A stretch of 64,000 nt of DNA from an uncultured Gammaproteobacteria bacterium (GTDB lineage Bacteria; Patescibacteriota; Patescibacteriia; UBA9934): contig CAZTKG010000001.1 in the NCBI GenBank assembly GCA_964613815.1, forward strand, positions 136,895 to 200,894. The letters run 5' to 3'. A program made the position numbers and the translations under genes. Shown piece after piece: positions 29,501 through 37,737 of the stretch (positions are counted from its first letter, which is position 1; each line of letters starts with the position of its first letter). The notes below the pieces were generated by a model, which was given only the letters and a program-made list of their open reading frames with translations, was not told the origin of the DNA and ran no database searches.

Positions 29501-30232
29501 CTACGCGCCTAAGTACGCCTCCATAACATCTTTTCTTGATAGCACCTCGTCTGGGCTCCCCTCTGCGAAGAATTTTCCTGCATCTACCATGATGACGTGG
29601 TCTGAAAGTTCGCGGATGAGGTCCATGGAATGCTCGATGAAGATGATGGTTTTTTGCTGTTCGCGGAGGGATTTGATGATGTCGACGACTTGTTTGCGCA
29701 TTTCTTTGAAGAGGCCAGCAAAGGGTTCGTCGAGGATGATGATGTCGGCGTTTATCGCGATGACGCGAGCGATTTCGAGAAGCTTCTTTTGGCCGTAGGA
29801 AAGGTCGCCTGCCATGGCGTTCTTTTTCTCGATAAGGCCGACTTGCTCGAGCGCTGATTCTGCTTGTTTGATGTGGAAGTCCTTGTGCTGTTCGAAGAGT
29901 GCTCGCCAGGGAGAGCGCTCGGTGACGGTGATGAGGATGTTGTCGAGCGCGGACATCTGATCAAAAAGGCGGACGTGCTGGAAGGTTCTGGTGATGCCGT
30001 AGGTTCGGATGTCTTTGCGTTTGATTTTTGTGAGTTTGGATCCGAGGACGGAGACGTCGCCTGTGTCTGATTTGGTGAATCCGGTGATGAGATTGACCAT
30101 AGTCGACTTCCCTGCTCCGTTTGGGCCGATGAGGGAGGTGATTTTTCCTTTTTGTATCTCAAAGCTGACGGCGTTTACGGCCTTGTTGCCGCCGAAGGAT
30201 TTAGATAGGTTTTGGATTTTTAGGGCGATCAT
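29501..30232 (-). CDS. livG: Branched-chain amino acid ABC transporter ATPase
   Basis: GPNGAGKST, RTFQ, LSYGQKKLLEIAR, LDEP.AG. Confidence 0.9.
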   Translation of the reverse strand: MIALKIQNLSKSFGGNKAVNAVSFEIQKGKITSLIGPNGAGKSTMVNLITGFTKSDTGDVSVLGSKLTKIKRKDIRTYGITRTFQHVRLFDQMSALDNILITVTERSPWRALFEQHKDFHIKQAESALEQVGLIEKKNAMAGDLSYGQKKLLEIARVIAINADIIILDEPFAGLFKEMRKQVVDIIKSLREQQKTIIFIEHSMDLIRELSDHVIMVDAGKFFAEGSPDEVLSRKDVMEAYLGA

Positions 30233-31095
30233 AATCTGAATTCACCGTAAATTCCGGTCGGTTTGTAGACCATTAATAGCGCCACTGCCAAGCCGTAGGC
30301 GACCATGCGGAGTTGTCCGGTGATTTCTGGCGGGAAGCCTGCAAAACGTAGTGCTTCGAGGATTAGGACGAAGACAATGGCGCCCACGATTGCCCCCTTG
30401 TGGCTTGCTAGGCCGCCAATGACGGCGATCACGAAGTAGTCCACAGATGCCATGGTTTTGAATGAGGCTGGATCAATGAAGGAGATGTATGAACCGTAAA
30501 TTGCTCCTACTGCACCTGCGAGCGCGGCGCTTATCATGAAAATAATGAGCTTGTAGGCAAAGACATTGTAGCCGATCATTTCTGTTGCTTCCTGGTCTTC
30601 TCTTATGCCTTTCAGGACCCTGCCGAATGAGGAGTTTGTGATGAATTTGCAGATAAGGTAGATGATTCCTGATGCCGCCAAGAAGAACAGAAAATATTCT
30701 TCGCCAGGAGAGATCTTGTTTCCGAACACGACTGGATTTGCGATGCCGGGGATACCGAGCGGGCCGCGTGTGAGCTCTGTCCAGTTCATGAAGATGCCGT
30801 AGACTATTGCTGTGAATGCCAACGACGCTAGTGCGTAGTAGTCGCCTCGAAGCTTGGAAATGATGGAGCCCACAGCTGCAGCTGCGGCGGCAGCCATGAT
30901 CATGCCTGCGCCCATTACTAGAAAGAAATTTAGATCATAATTACGCATGAGTAATGCCGATGTATAGCTGCCGATACCGACAAACCCTGCATGCGCTAGG
31001 TTGAGCTGACCTGCGTAACCTAAGACCAGGTTTAGCGTGAGAATGATCATGGCATACAGTGAGATGATAATGCCGATGTGCATGAGGTAGTCCAT
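30229..31095 (-). CDS. livM: Branched-chain amino acid ABC transporter permease
   Basis: GYAGQLNLAH, LRGDY.AL, T.GP.GI, FGRVLKGIRED. Confidence 0.9.
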   Translation of the reverse strand: MDYLMHIGIIISLYAMIILTLNLVLGYAGQLNLAHAGFVGIGSYTSALLMRNYDLNFFLVMGAGMIMAAAAAAAVGSIISKLRGDYYALASLAFTAIVYGIFMNWTELTRGPLGIPGIANPVVFGNKISPGEEYFLFFLAASGIIYLICKFITNSSFGRVLKGIREDQEATEMIGYNVFAYKLIIFMISAALAGAVGAIYGSYISFIDPASFKTMASVDYFVIAVIGGLASHKGAIVGAIVFVLILEALRFAGFPPEITGQLRMVAYGLAVALLMVYKPTGIYGEFRL

Positions 31096-31096
31096 A

Positions 31097-31966
31097 CTAC
31101 TTTTTGCCGAATATGCCTTGCGGGCGGAATAATAGGAAAATCAGGAATATGACATAGGCGATGACATCCTTCCATTCGCTGGATACCTTCCAGATACCTA
31201 GGTTTTCTACGATCCCGAGAGCGAATGCGCCGATGATGGCTCCGTGAATATTTCCGAGGCCGCCGATTATCGCTGCGATAATTCCCTTTAGGAGCATGGA
31301 CATACCCATAACTGGCTCGATGCCGATGTCGAATCCGTAGAGCGCGCCCGCGAGACCAGCTATCGCCGAAGCGATGAAGAATATACCTCCTAAGACTCGC
31401 TCTACGCGAATCCCTATTATTGTTGAGACCTCTACGTCGTCGCTAACAGCCTTGATTAGTTTGCCGAAGAGGGTTTTTTTGAGGACAACGGCCAACATCA
31501 GCCAGGTGACTATGGCAGCAATGAAGATTATGAGCTGAGTTTGCGTGAACGTGGCGCCGGCTATGGAATAGATTTCTGTGATTTCTGATGTGGAGTAAAG
31601 GCGCTTGAAGCGGCTGGAGAATATGATGGCGATGATGGACTGGATGGCGGTGAAGATTCCAAGGGACGCCACGAGCATCACGAGGTTTGTGGCCTTGCGC
31701 TTGCGGAGGGCTTTGTTGAGCGTTTGGTCGAGAGCAGCTCCCGCGAGGCCTCCGACGATGAGTGCCGCGATGACAGCGACGATCGGCGAGGCGTTGAATG
31801 AGTTTAGAAAAATGTAGGCCGTGTAGGCTCCCACGACCGCGAATGCTCCGTGGGCGATGTTGAAAAATTTGGTTGCGCCGTATTGCAAGGTCACGCCCAG
31901 GGCCATGAGGGCGTAGATAGATCCTGCAATGAGGCCGTTTACGATGAGTTGAGGGAGGATGGACAT
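31097..31966 (-). CDS. livH: Branched-chain amino acid ABC transporter permease
   Basis: QLIVNGLIAGSIYALMALG, NIAHG, AAIIGGLG, FRPQGIFG. Confidence 0.9.
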   Translation of the reverse strand: MSILPQLIVNGLIAGSIYALMALGVTLQYGATKFFNIAHGAFAVVGAYTAYIFLNSFNASPIVAVIAALIVGGLAGAALDQTLNKALRKRKATNLVMLVASLGIFTAIQSIIAIIFSSRFKRLYSTSEITEIYSIAGATFTQTQLIIFIAAIVTWLMLAVVLKKTLFGKLIKAVSDDVEVSTIIGIRVERVLGGIFFIASAIAGLAGALYGFDIGIEPVMGMSMLLKGIIAAIIGGLGNIHGAIIGAFALGIVENLGIWKVSSEWKDVIAYVIFLIFLLFRPQGIFGKK

Positions 31967-32028
31967 GTTTTTATCATCAGGCACAAAGAGAGCTCAATTG
32001 AGCTCTCTTTGCCTTGTTCTGATAACTG

Positions 32029-33189
32029 CTATTCCTGATCTTCTGTTGCTGTAAGAGGAATAATCTCACCGCCTCGGATTACTTCTGGCTTGTGAGCACC
32101 TGTTGCTCGGTCGCCGTTTTCGTCGAATGTGGTCGGTCCAGAAATGCCCTCATATGCCTCCATATTGAGAAGGTATTCTCTGATCGCTGGCGCATCTTCT
32201 CCAACAGCGTCGAGAGCTGCTGCGATGATGTATGGTGCGTCGTACTCTGTTTGTGCGTAGTTGAGATACTCAACCGCTTCTCCGTATGCTGCCATGTACG
32301 CCTCCATGAATGCCTTGAAGCCTTCTGTCTCAGCGTCGTATCCGAACTCTGCAACAATCATGCCCTCAACAAGCTCTGGGCTGTCTTGTGGGATTGATGA
32401 AGTCGGGATTACGTCTGCTCCCATGAGTGGGACATCCCATCCCAGCTCTCTTACCTGCTTGAGTACACGTTCTGCGGATGCGGGAGTTTGAACGCTGACA
32501 AGTAAAGCTTCTGGATTTGTGTCGCGGAGCTTTGTTAGCATTGTTCGAAAATCTTCCGTTTCTGAATCAAATCCTTCCGTTGTCGTGGTTCCGCCTAGCT
32601 CTACAAACGCTGCAGAAAAAGCATTTGAGATCCCTGTTGGATAGTCTAGGTTTTCCTGCACTACAGCTACGTTTTCCCATTTGTTCCAATTGTATGCCAC
32701 GTCTGCCAGGACTGTGCCCTGTGTTGCGTCACTTGGATAATTTCGAAAGAAGTAGTCTCCGCCCTCTGTTGTAAGATCTGGGGTTGAGGATGCGGCAGAA
32801 AAGAGAATTACCTCGTTTTCGTTTGCAATCGGAGCTGCTGCTAGCGATTCTCCACTACAGAATGAAAAAACGATCTTTGCTCCATCTACGTTGACGAGCT
32901 TTTGCATGGCGTTTGCTCCCTCGAAACCGTCGCACTGTCCGTCTTCTGCGATGAGTTCGATCATGCGACCACCGTCAACACCTCCTGCGTCGTTGATTTC
33001 GTCGATAGCTAGTTGCGTCGCCTTGAGTGCGGGCTCTCCATATACCGCAGCATCCCCGCTCAACGGTGCAATAAACCCGACACGAATATTCCCTCCTTCA
33101 CTCCCTCCTCCGCTGAAGGCAAAGTAGCCTACAACAATAACTGCGGCAACAACTAAAAATGCGACCCAGTTCTTGGATTTTTCTTCCAT
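32029..33189 (-). CDS. livK: Branched-chain amino acid ABC transporter substrate-binding protein
   Basis: IGFIAPLSG-like, LAIDEIN.AGGV, YFFR.YPSD, FDENGDR. Confidence 0.88.
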   Translation of the reverse strand: MEEKSKNWVAFLVVAAVIVVGYFAFSGGGSEGGNIRVGFIAPLSGDAAVYGEPALKATQLAIDEINDAGGVDGGRMIELIAEDGQCDGFEGANAMQKLVNVDGAKIVFSFCSGESLAAAPIANENEVILFSAASSTPDLTTEGGDYFFRNYPSDATQGTVLADVAYNWNKWENVAVVQENLDYPTGISNAFSAAFVELGGTTTTEGFDSETEDFRTMLTKLRDTNPEALLVSVQTPASAERVLKQVRELGWDVPLMGADVIPTSSIPQDSPELVEGMIVAEFGYDAETEGFKAFMEAYMAAYGEAVEYLNYAQTEYDAPYIIAAALDAVGEDAPAIREYLLNMEAYEGISGPTTFDENGDRATGAHKPEVIRGGEIIPLTATEDQE

Positions 33190-33267
33190 AGTTCATGGTT
33201 ATGAATGAATCTGGGTATAGGTTAACAAATATTGAGTTTTTGGGGAATATGATATCAACGCCTCCCT

Positions 33268-33332
33268 TCCCATCTCGACCTTGTGGAGAGATCTTGCCGC
33301 CATCAGATCTCTCGGCGTTGCTCGAGATGGGA
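33268..33332. repeat. Family A palindromic REP-like element
   Basis: TCCCATCTCGACCTTGTGGAGAGATCT...AGATCTCTC...CTCGAGATGGGA. Confidence 0.88.
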
Positions 33333-33349
33333 GGAAAAAGGCGTCTTAT

Positions 33350-34507
33350 CTATTCAGAGTAAAACTCCACAATCGCCTTCTCGTAGATTTCGAAAACCTT
33401 TGGGATGGTTGTGATGTCTACCCACTCATCTGGCGCGTGGACATTGCCGCTGTCGCATCCGAAGGCGTTGATGATGGGGATGCCTGTTTTGGAAACGACG
33501 TTACCGACAGAGCCTTGGCCGCTGGCGACGAGGGGGATGTTTTTGTTGAGGATGGTTGTTGCGGTTTTTTGGAGGGTACGGACGAAGGTGTTTTTTGGGT
33601 CTGTGATGTGAGCGTCCTCCCCCTGACGTAGCTCGATTTCGTATTCGATCGGACCGTGTTTTTTGATGTCTTTTTTGATGAGGGTGTGCATTTGTTCGAC
33701 GACTGATTCCGGGGTTTGGCTTGGGACGGTGCGAATATCGGCTTCTGCGGAACAAAAATCTGGGACGACGTTGATTGCTGTGCCGCCCTCTATTTTGGCG
33801 ATGTTTGTGCGGGAACCGAACCAGAAGTAGGGATCTGTCTTGCCATTGACCTTCATATCCTTGAGGGCACAGATGATTCTGCCCATGCCGTGGATGGCGT
33901 TTACCCCTTTCTTTTTGCGACTTCCGGTGTGGTGCGCCTTGCCGATCACGCGGATTTCTGCGCGGGCCCATCCCCGGGCGCCGATCGAGATTTCGTCCAT
34001 ACCTTGGTAGCCGAGGATGCAGATGTCGGCTTTTTGTGGGGCGTAGTTGATGATGTTGCGGATACCGGTGAATGTGCCGCTTTGCTCATCAGCGTCGAAG
34101 CCAAGGAAGATGTTTCCGTTGAACGCGTTATTTTGGCGTAGTTCACGGGCTAAATAGCAAAAAATGGCAATGGCGACCTTACAGTCGGCGACTCCCCTTC
34201 CGTACATTTTGCCGTCGATGATGTCTCCGGCAAATGGAAGTTTACTCCAGTTTTCGAGAGCGCCTGCTGGAACGGTGTCTAAACACGCCTGGAGCCAGAC
34301 GGTTTTTGCGTCAGAATTTTGCTGAAGATCGCAAATAATTGATGGTCGGTACTCTTCGCCGATGCGTTTTGGTTGAAAGCCGAATGATTCCAGCTTTTCT
34401 GCGACACGTTTTGCAATGCGGCGTTCGGAATCGATCCCGTTTTGGGACGGGATTTGGACGAGTTCCTTTGCGAACTGTACGACTTCGTTTGTCAGTTCTG
34501 GGGTCAT
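33350..34507 (-). CDS. M20 family (ArgE/DapE-like) metallo-hydrolase with substituted metal ligands
   Basis: LVQIPS, CLDTVP, YGRGVADCK, ADEQSG, G.AHH.G, GVNAI, GG.AINVVP, HAPDE. Confidence 0.85.
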   Translation of the reverse strand: MTPELTNEVVQFAKELVQIPSQNGIDSERRIAKRVAEKLESFGFQPKRIGEEYRPSIICDLQQNSDAKTVWLQACLDTVPAGALENWSKLPFAGDIIDGKMYGRGVADCKVAIAIFCYLARELRQNNAFNGNIFLGFDADEQSGTFTGIRNIINYAPQKADICILGYQGMDEISIGARGWARAEIRVIGKAHHTGSRKKKGVNAIHGMGRIICALKDMKVNGKTDPYFWFGSRTNIAKIEGGTAINVVPDFCSAEADIRTVPSQTPESVVEQMHTLIKKDIKKHGPIEYEIELRQGEDAHITDPKNTFVRTLQKTATTILNKNIPLVASGQGSVGNVVSKTGIPIINAFGCDSGNVHAPDEWVDITTIPKVFEIYEKAIVEFYSE

Positions 34508-34516
34508 GCTTCCATT

Positions 34517-34975
34517 CTAGGCATTGATGAGCTTTTGTGACAAGTCTTTGATCCTCGCGTAGAAGCCTTTTGTGTGGATGGAGTTGAGATTGAGTTTGCA
34601 GAAATCGTAGTGGTGCATCCATTCGTGGAGAAGTGTGTCGAGGAATGATTTTGGGGCGAGGATCTGACCGCGGACAGCGGTGCGGTTGGTGATGTAGATG
34701 TATTTTGTGGCGGGCTTGTAGTAGCCGTACCTGCGCATGGATACGCGCTTTCCTCGGCGTTTGTGATACTGCTTGGCGTCTGAGACCTTGAGGTTGCAGA
34801 TGTCGATCATGGCTTGGTCGGCGAGGTCGTCGAGAAGGTCGTCGCCGAAGCGTTGGCGGTCTTCGGCGGAAGATGAGGCTAGGATCTCTCGCGCGGTATG
34901 CTGGCCGAATTCGGAGACGTCGAAGTCGATGGTGAGGATGGCGTTTGAGCGTTTGTAGTTTGATTGGGCGAGCAT
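34517..34975 (-). CDS. SprT-like zinc metalloprotease domain protein (start ATG 34975)
   Basis: DTLLHEWMHH plus HTKGFY. Confidence 0.7.
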   Translation of the reverse strand: MLAQSNYKRSNAILTIDFDVSEFGQHTAREILASSSAEDRQRFGDDLLDDLADQAMIDICNLKVSDAKQYHKRRGKRVSMRRYGYYKPATKYIYITNRTAVRGQILAPKSFLDTLLHEWMHHYDFCKLNLNSIHTKGFYARIKDLSQKLINA

Positions 34976-35040
34976 GGGGGGAATGGTAGCATAATTAGGA
35001 GAATCAGCACTCCTGTTCCCCCATCTCGAACACCTCCTTT

Positions 35041-35114
35041 TCCCATCTCGACCTTGTGGAAAGATCTTGCTGCTATTCGAGTTCTCGGAGATCTCTCCAC
35101 AAGGTCGAGATGGA
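35041..35114. repeat. Family A palindromic REP-like element
   Basis: Inverted arms; an extra partial arm CCCCATCTCG lies at about 35018. Confidence 0.88.
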
Positions 35115-35180
35115 ACGACCACTCATTGACCCCTCCCCTCTTTTCACGCTACGATCAGCACCCACCTTGTGGAGGCTCTT

Positions 35181-35675
35181 TTGACCGATTCCGTACCCGC
35201 AGACCTTCTCGATGCTGGACTTGCCTTCATGGTTCAAGTCCTCACACTTCAACAGCAAGGCCTGCAGCTGACCAATAAGCAGGCTCACGCGTTTACAACC
35301 ATCATGATCGAACTTGGTATCCTGTCCGATCTCAGCACGGCCATGACGGATGAAGACGCCGCGCGACTTCGCGAGCTCGTTAGCCGTGTCGACCGCGAGT
35401 CAGCTGAAGCAGCGAGACCCACGGTTCTCAACGCCGGCATCCACACGCGGACCTGGTGTGAGGAGATCCGCTGCCCGACGTGCCGTGCCAAGCTTCGGCT
35501 CACGCGGAGCTCGATCCATCTATGGACCGGTGCTGATATGAACCATGGCAGAAGCGCCGTGTGCTACCTCTGCCCGAGCTGCAATATCTGGCACGAGTTC
35601 CTGCCGTACCATGAGCGCGTCGGCGAGCTCCCGCAAATGCCGAGCGGGATGCACATCCGGCTGCTGGAGCGCTGA
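35181..35675 (+). CDS. Orphan protein with C-terminal Zn ribbon (cassette gene)
   Basis: CPTC...CPSC; SD GGAGG before TTG 35181; promoter TTGACC-18-TACGAT at 35126..35155. Confidence 0.7.
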   Translation: MTDSVPADLLDAGLAFMVQVLTLQQQGLQLTNKQAHAFTTIMIELGILSDLSTAMTDEDAARLRELVSRVDRESAEAARPTVLNAGIHTRTWCEEIRCPTCRAKLRLTRSSIHLWTGADMNHGRSAVCYLCPSCNIWHEFLPYHERVGELPQMPSGMHIRLLER

Positions 35676-35718
35676 TCGCCTGCGAGGCGGTCTTTTTCTT
35701 TTATGAGGCCCGCCTATT

Positions 35719-35782
35719 TCCCATCTCGACCTTGTGGAGAGATCTGATGGCTGCAGGATCTCTCCACAAGGTCGAGATGGGA
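35719..35782. repeat. Family A palindromic REP-like element
   Basis: Near-perfect inverted arms. Confidence 0.9.
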
Positions 35783-35827
35783 GGATGGTACTGTTTTTGA
35801 GATTAAAAACACCCGGCCTAAGCCGAG

Positions 35828-36034
35828 CTAGAGACCTCTTGGACGTGGGAGGTAGAAAGTCCAGAAGAGGAAGATAACGATGTACATGGCAATCGCGTCC
35901 GCCATGGTTTCGAGATTGTCGCTGTAGCAGGCAAGGTCTTTGCGGCCCATCTGCCAGGTGTAGTACTTACGGGCAGTTGCGAAGCCGTGTGCGCCGTAGG
36001 TGATGACAGCGGCGGTGATGAGGACTGCGTTCAT
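35828..36034 (-). CDS. Small two-TM membrane protein
   Basis: MNAVLITAAVITYG...AIAMYIVIFLFWTFY; ATGA overlap with the upstream gene. Confidence 0.55.
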   Translation of the reverse strand: MNAVLITAAVITYGAHGFATARKYYTWQMGRKDLACYSDNLETMADAIAMYIVIFLFWTFYLPRPRGL

Positions 36035-36249
36035 GCCGTGATTGGCCTTCCGATGTAATTCTGAAGGCCGTACCAGACGATGAGGACTGGCCAGATGAGC
36101 ATGTGGAAGACGCACCTGATGCGCTTCATGTCTTCGGTCACGTCCCCTCCCAACTCCCATATCCTTGTGTTGAGCCGGGTTCCGAGGACGCTGCCGAGCA
36201 CGGGGTAGCACATCGCGAGGAGTGTGAGCACGGGTTCTGTGTAGTCCAT
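36031..36249 (-). CDS. Small two-TM membrane protein
   Basis: MDYTEPVLTLLAMCYP...HMLIWPVLIVWY; SD AAGGAG; promoter TTGATC-17-TAGCCT at 36273..36301. Confidence 0.6.
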   Translation of the reverse strand: MDYTEPVLTLLAMCYPVLGSVLGTRLNTRIWELGGDVTEDMKRIRCVFHMLIWPVLIVWYGLQNYIGRPITA

Positions 36250-36336
36250 CTGATCTCCTTTTGGACAAAAATAGGCTAACATTATTGACGGGAATGATCA
36301 ATTGTGGTTGAATGTGGGCGTTCTTTTGGAGGAACG

Positions 36337-36864
36337 ATGAATAGAGCAGATCGAGCCTACGCGATTGTTGGCGCGATGTATCCGCGAAGCGGCCTTCCGC
36401 TTGAAACTCGGCAGCATCTAGCGCGGGCGGTTGTGGATATTCTGAGTGGTAGAGATGGCACTTATTTCGATGGACGTATCCGAGATGAGCACTTGGGGCA
36501 TGCCCGTGAGATCATCAGCGAGCAGCTTCCGTCTGACCCGTGCGAGGAGGAGGCAGCGCCCGTTGAGCTGGAGTCAGATGTCTGCATCATGCAGCGCGGG
36601 CTTGGGCCCAAGCCGGTTTGGCTGCGGATCGTGTGTCCACATTGCTTCACTTCGCAGAACGTGAAGAGTTCGGGGCTCAGGCTCTATCGACTTCGCCACG
36701 ATGAATTCCTGAGCTTCAAGTGCGGCAATTGCCTTGAGCCTATCAGGCTTGAGGGGCATGGCGGCATGTTCTTCAACGCTCCGCACGCTGACCAGCCAGT
36801 TACGTTCATGCCCCGAGTCGCTCTCAGCGTCACCGCCGTCGGCCCGGTAGAAGAGTCTTCGTAA
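36337..36864 (+). CDS. Orphan protein with C-terminal Zn ribbon (cassette gene)
   Basis: CPHC...CGNC; SD GGAGG; promoter TTGACG-17-TTGAAT at 36285..36313. Confidence 0.7.
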   Translation: MNRADRAYAIVGAMYPRSGLPLETRQHLARAVVDILSGRDGTYFDGRIRDEHLGHAREIISEQLPSDPCEEEAAPVELESDVCIMQRGLGPKPVWLRIVCPHCFTSQNVKSSGLRLYRLRHDEFLSFKCGNCLEPIRLEGHGGMFFNAPHADQPVTFMPRVALSVTAVGPVEESS

Positions 36865-36906
36865 CCTCCCGTTTGGGTGGTTTTTTGATCTGATGGGATC
36901 AGATCA

Positions 36907-36972
36907 ACCCTTCGTAGCTCGCAGAGCGCCTGCCCTTCGAAGCTTCAGCGAAGAATGGGAAGAACGGGTCCC
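36907..36972. repeat. Family D short repeat
   Basis: CCCTTCGTAGCTC... and CCCTTCGAAGCTTCAGCGAAGAATGG; related copies at about 58970 and (inverted) about 62890. Confidence 0.6.
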
Positions 36973-37057
36973 CTCTTTTTTTTACAGAGCTCCTCATATT
37001 GACAAATCACCTATTCCCTACTATGGTTCTTCTCCGTTCATTCAAATGGGAGAGCAA

Positions 37058-37591
37058 ATGAATCCGAATGATCAAGAGCTTCTGAAGAATCTGGTCACCG
37101 TGGTGCTCCTGGGAGAGTCTGATGAGGCAGAGTACCCTCCCGAGATGGTTGATCTTGCCGCCAACCTAGGCCTTCGGCTGATTGAGTTGCGTAGCATAGA
37201 TGACCGATCTTCTTTGGTCGTACTATCTCGCGGTGTGAAGGAGTCGGTCATCACTGACGCTGAAGGAGAGGAGAGTCCCGCTAGCGCCGAATGTGATGAT
37301 GGAGCTACGGTACTCACCCCCGGGATCGGCAAGTCGGCAGATGTGCTGGTCACGGTGAAGTGCTTCGCGTGCTCCTGTGAATACAAGGTCCCGCTTCGGA
37401 GCTGCACAGCGGCCGACGTCAAGTCTGCGCATGGCTTCAAGATGATCATCTCTTCCTGCCCTCGATGCGGTATGAATGGGATGCTTGGACGGGCGTCGTA
37501 CGACATTCGTAAACATCTCGTGCAGTGCTTCACCCGAGATTACTGCGGTGAGCACACCGTCGTGACGACCGAGAACCTTCCGCCTGCGTAG
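37058..37591 (+). CDS. Orphan protein with C-terminal Zn ribbon (cassette gene)
   Basis: CFAC...CPRC; SD GGGAG; promoter TTGACA-17-TATGGT at 36999..37027. Confidence 0.7.
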   Translation: MNPNDQELLKNLVTVVLLGESDEAEYPPEMVDLAANLGLRLIELRSIDDRSSLVVLSRGVKESVITDAEGEESPASAECDDGATVLTPGIGKSADVLVTVKCFACSCEYKVPLRSCTAADVKSAHGFKMIISSCPRCGMNGMLGRASYDIRKHLVQCFTRDYCGEHTVVTTENLPPA

Positions 37592-37617
37592 CTGCGCATG
37601 CGGTTTTTTTGATAGCG

Positions 37618-37695
37618 AAAAAGACCAGTCCTCCCATCTCGACCTTGTGGAGAGATCTCTCGACTACGCTCGAGATGGGAGGACTGGTCTTTTTT
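37618..37695. repeat. Family A element (37632..37680) embedded in a terminator-like hairpin
   Basis: AAAAAGACCAGTCC-[REP]-GGACTGGTCTTTTT. Confidence 0.85.
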
Positions 37696-37737
37696 ATGTC
37701 ATCCAGAGCGAAGCGCGGGATGACTGCATGGAGGCGT

